Assembly: GCA_964016885.1 (NCBI GenBank)
Contig: OZ024740.1
Location: 303,676,001-303,740,000 of the forward strand
DNA from: Eledone cirrhosa
Lineage: Eukaryota
Length of the DNA stretch: 64,000 bases
Reading direction: 5' to 3'
The notes beneath the pieces were generated by a model. The model ran no database searches. It had not been told where the DNA came from and was given only the letters and a program-made list of their open reading frames with translations. Positions 62,940-64,000 of the stretch are shown here, one piece after another; position 1 is the first letter of the stretch; each line of letters opens with the position of its first letter. The translations under genes and the position numbers were made by a program.

Positions 62940-63760
62940 GACAAGATAGAGAGAAAGAGAGACAACATAAAGAGGAAGAGAGACAACATAGAGAGGAAGA
63001 GAGACAACATAGAGAGGAAGAGAGAGAACATAGAGAGGAAGAGAGAGAACATAGAGAGGAAGAGAGACAACATAGAGAGGAAGAGGGACAATATATAGAG
63101 GAAGAGGGACAATATATAGAGGAAGAGAGACAACATAGAGAGGAAGAGAGACAACATAGAGAGGAAGAGAGACAACATAGAGAGAAAGAGAGACAACATA
63201 GAGAGGAAGAGAGACGATATATAGAGGAAGAGAGACAACATATAGAGGAAGAGAGACAACATAGAGAGGAAGAGAGACAACATAGAGAGGAAGAGAGACA
63301 AGATAGAGAGGAAGAGAGACAATATAGAGGAAGAGAGACAACATAGAGAGGAAGAGGGACAATATAGAGAGGAAGAGAGACAATATATAGAGGAAGAGAG
63401 ACAATATATAGAGGAAGAGAGACAACATAGAGAGGAAGAGAGACAATATATAGAGGAAGAGAGACAACATAGAGAGGAAGAGAGACAACATAGAGAGGAA
63501 GAGAGACAATATAGAGAAGAGGAGAGACAACTTATAGAGGAAGAGAGACAACATAGAAAGGAAGAGAGACAATATAGAGAGGAAGAGAGACAATATATAG
63601 AGGAAGAGAGACAACATAGAGAGGAAGAGAGACAATATAGAGAGGAGGAGAGACAATATATAGAGGAAGAGAGACAACATAGAGAGGAAGAGAGACAATA
63701 TAGAGAGGAGGAGAGACAACTTATAGAGGAAGAGAGACAATATATAGAGGAAGAGAGACA
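62940..63760. repeat. 21-bp purine-rich minisatellite, ~39 units
   Basis: Unit agaggaagagagacaa(c/t)atag. Confidence 0.95.
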
Positions 63761-63767
63761 AAAAATA

Positions 63768-64000
63768 TTCTCGGGTCCCAAATAATTGTGGTGTGGAATA
63801 AGAAGGTGGGGTTTGAATAAGTGGGGGTTCAATAAGTGGGGTGGAATAAGTGGAGGGTGAAGTAAGTGGGAGTGGAATAAGTGGGGGGGTCGAATAATCG
63901 GGGGTGGTTTGAATAAGTGGAGGGTAACTGGGGGTAAGTTGGGGGGGGGGGAATAATCGGGGATGGTTTGAATAAGTGGGGTGGGGGATAAGTGAAATTG
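63768..64000 (+). mobile_element. Start of a third copy of the TA-MITE family, with expanded G-rich subrepeats
   Basis: ttctcgggtcccaaataatt matches the 33576 terminus; repeats of gaataagtgggggt. Confidence 0.55.

Noticed and set aside
62784-63832. Long Glu/Arg-rich and Leu/Ser-rich ORFs
   Set aside because: They are readings of the 21-bp minisatellite.

Overview
This is a eukaryotic, AT-rich, repeat-dense window. The SINE/RTE repertoire and the (TA)n, (CAT)n and (GATA)n microsatellites suggest an octopus-like cephalopod (inference). A minus-strand host gene contributes four phase-1 exons: a Frizzled cysteine-rich domain split by a ~52.3 kb intron (9382-61658), then two LDL-receptor class A modules (corin-like architecture; the gene runs off both ends). 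Inside the giant intron are: (1) an intronless, same-strand ORF for a type-I membrane protein (24508-25341); (2) four Tx1/L1-group LINE copies, each ending in (GATA)n, one full length and broken only by one extra G in a homopolymer; (3) a decayed Penelope-like element with a hammerhead ribozyme; (4) two non-autonomous Helitrons nested in other elements; (5) an R4/Dong-like relic with a 54-bp hairpin satellite in its 3' region; and (6) many SINEs and MITEs. Further hammerhead relics are scattered through the window. Two inverted RTE copies bracket three host exons whose circle would be a 426-nt stop-free frame. All calls were made by eye; repeat boundaries are approximate unless terminal motifs are quoted.
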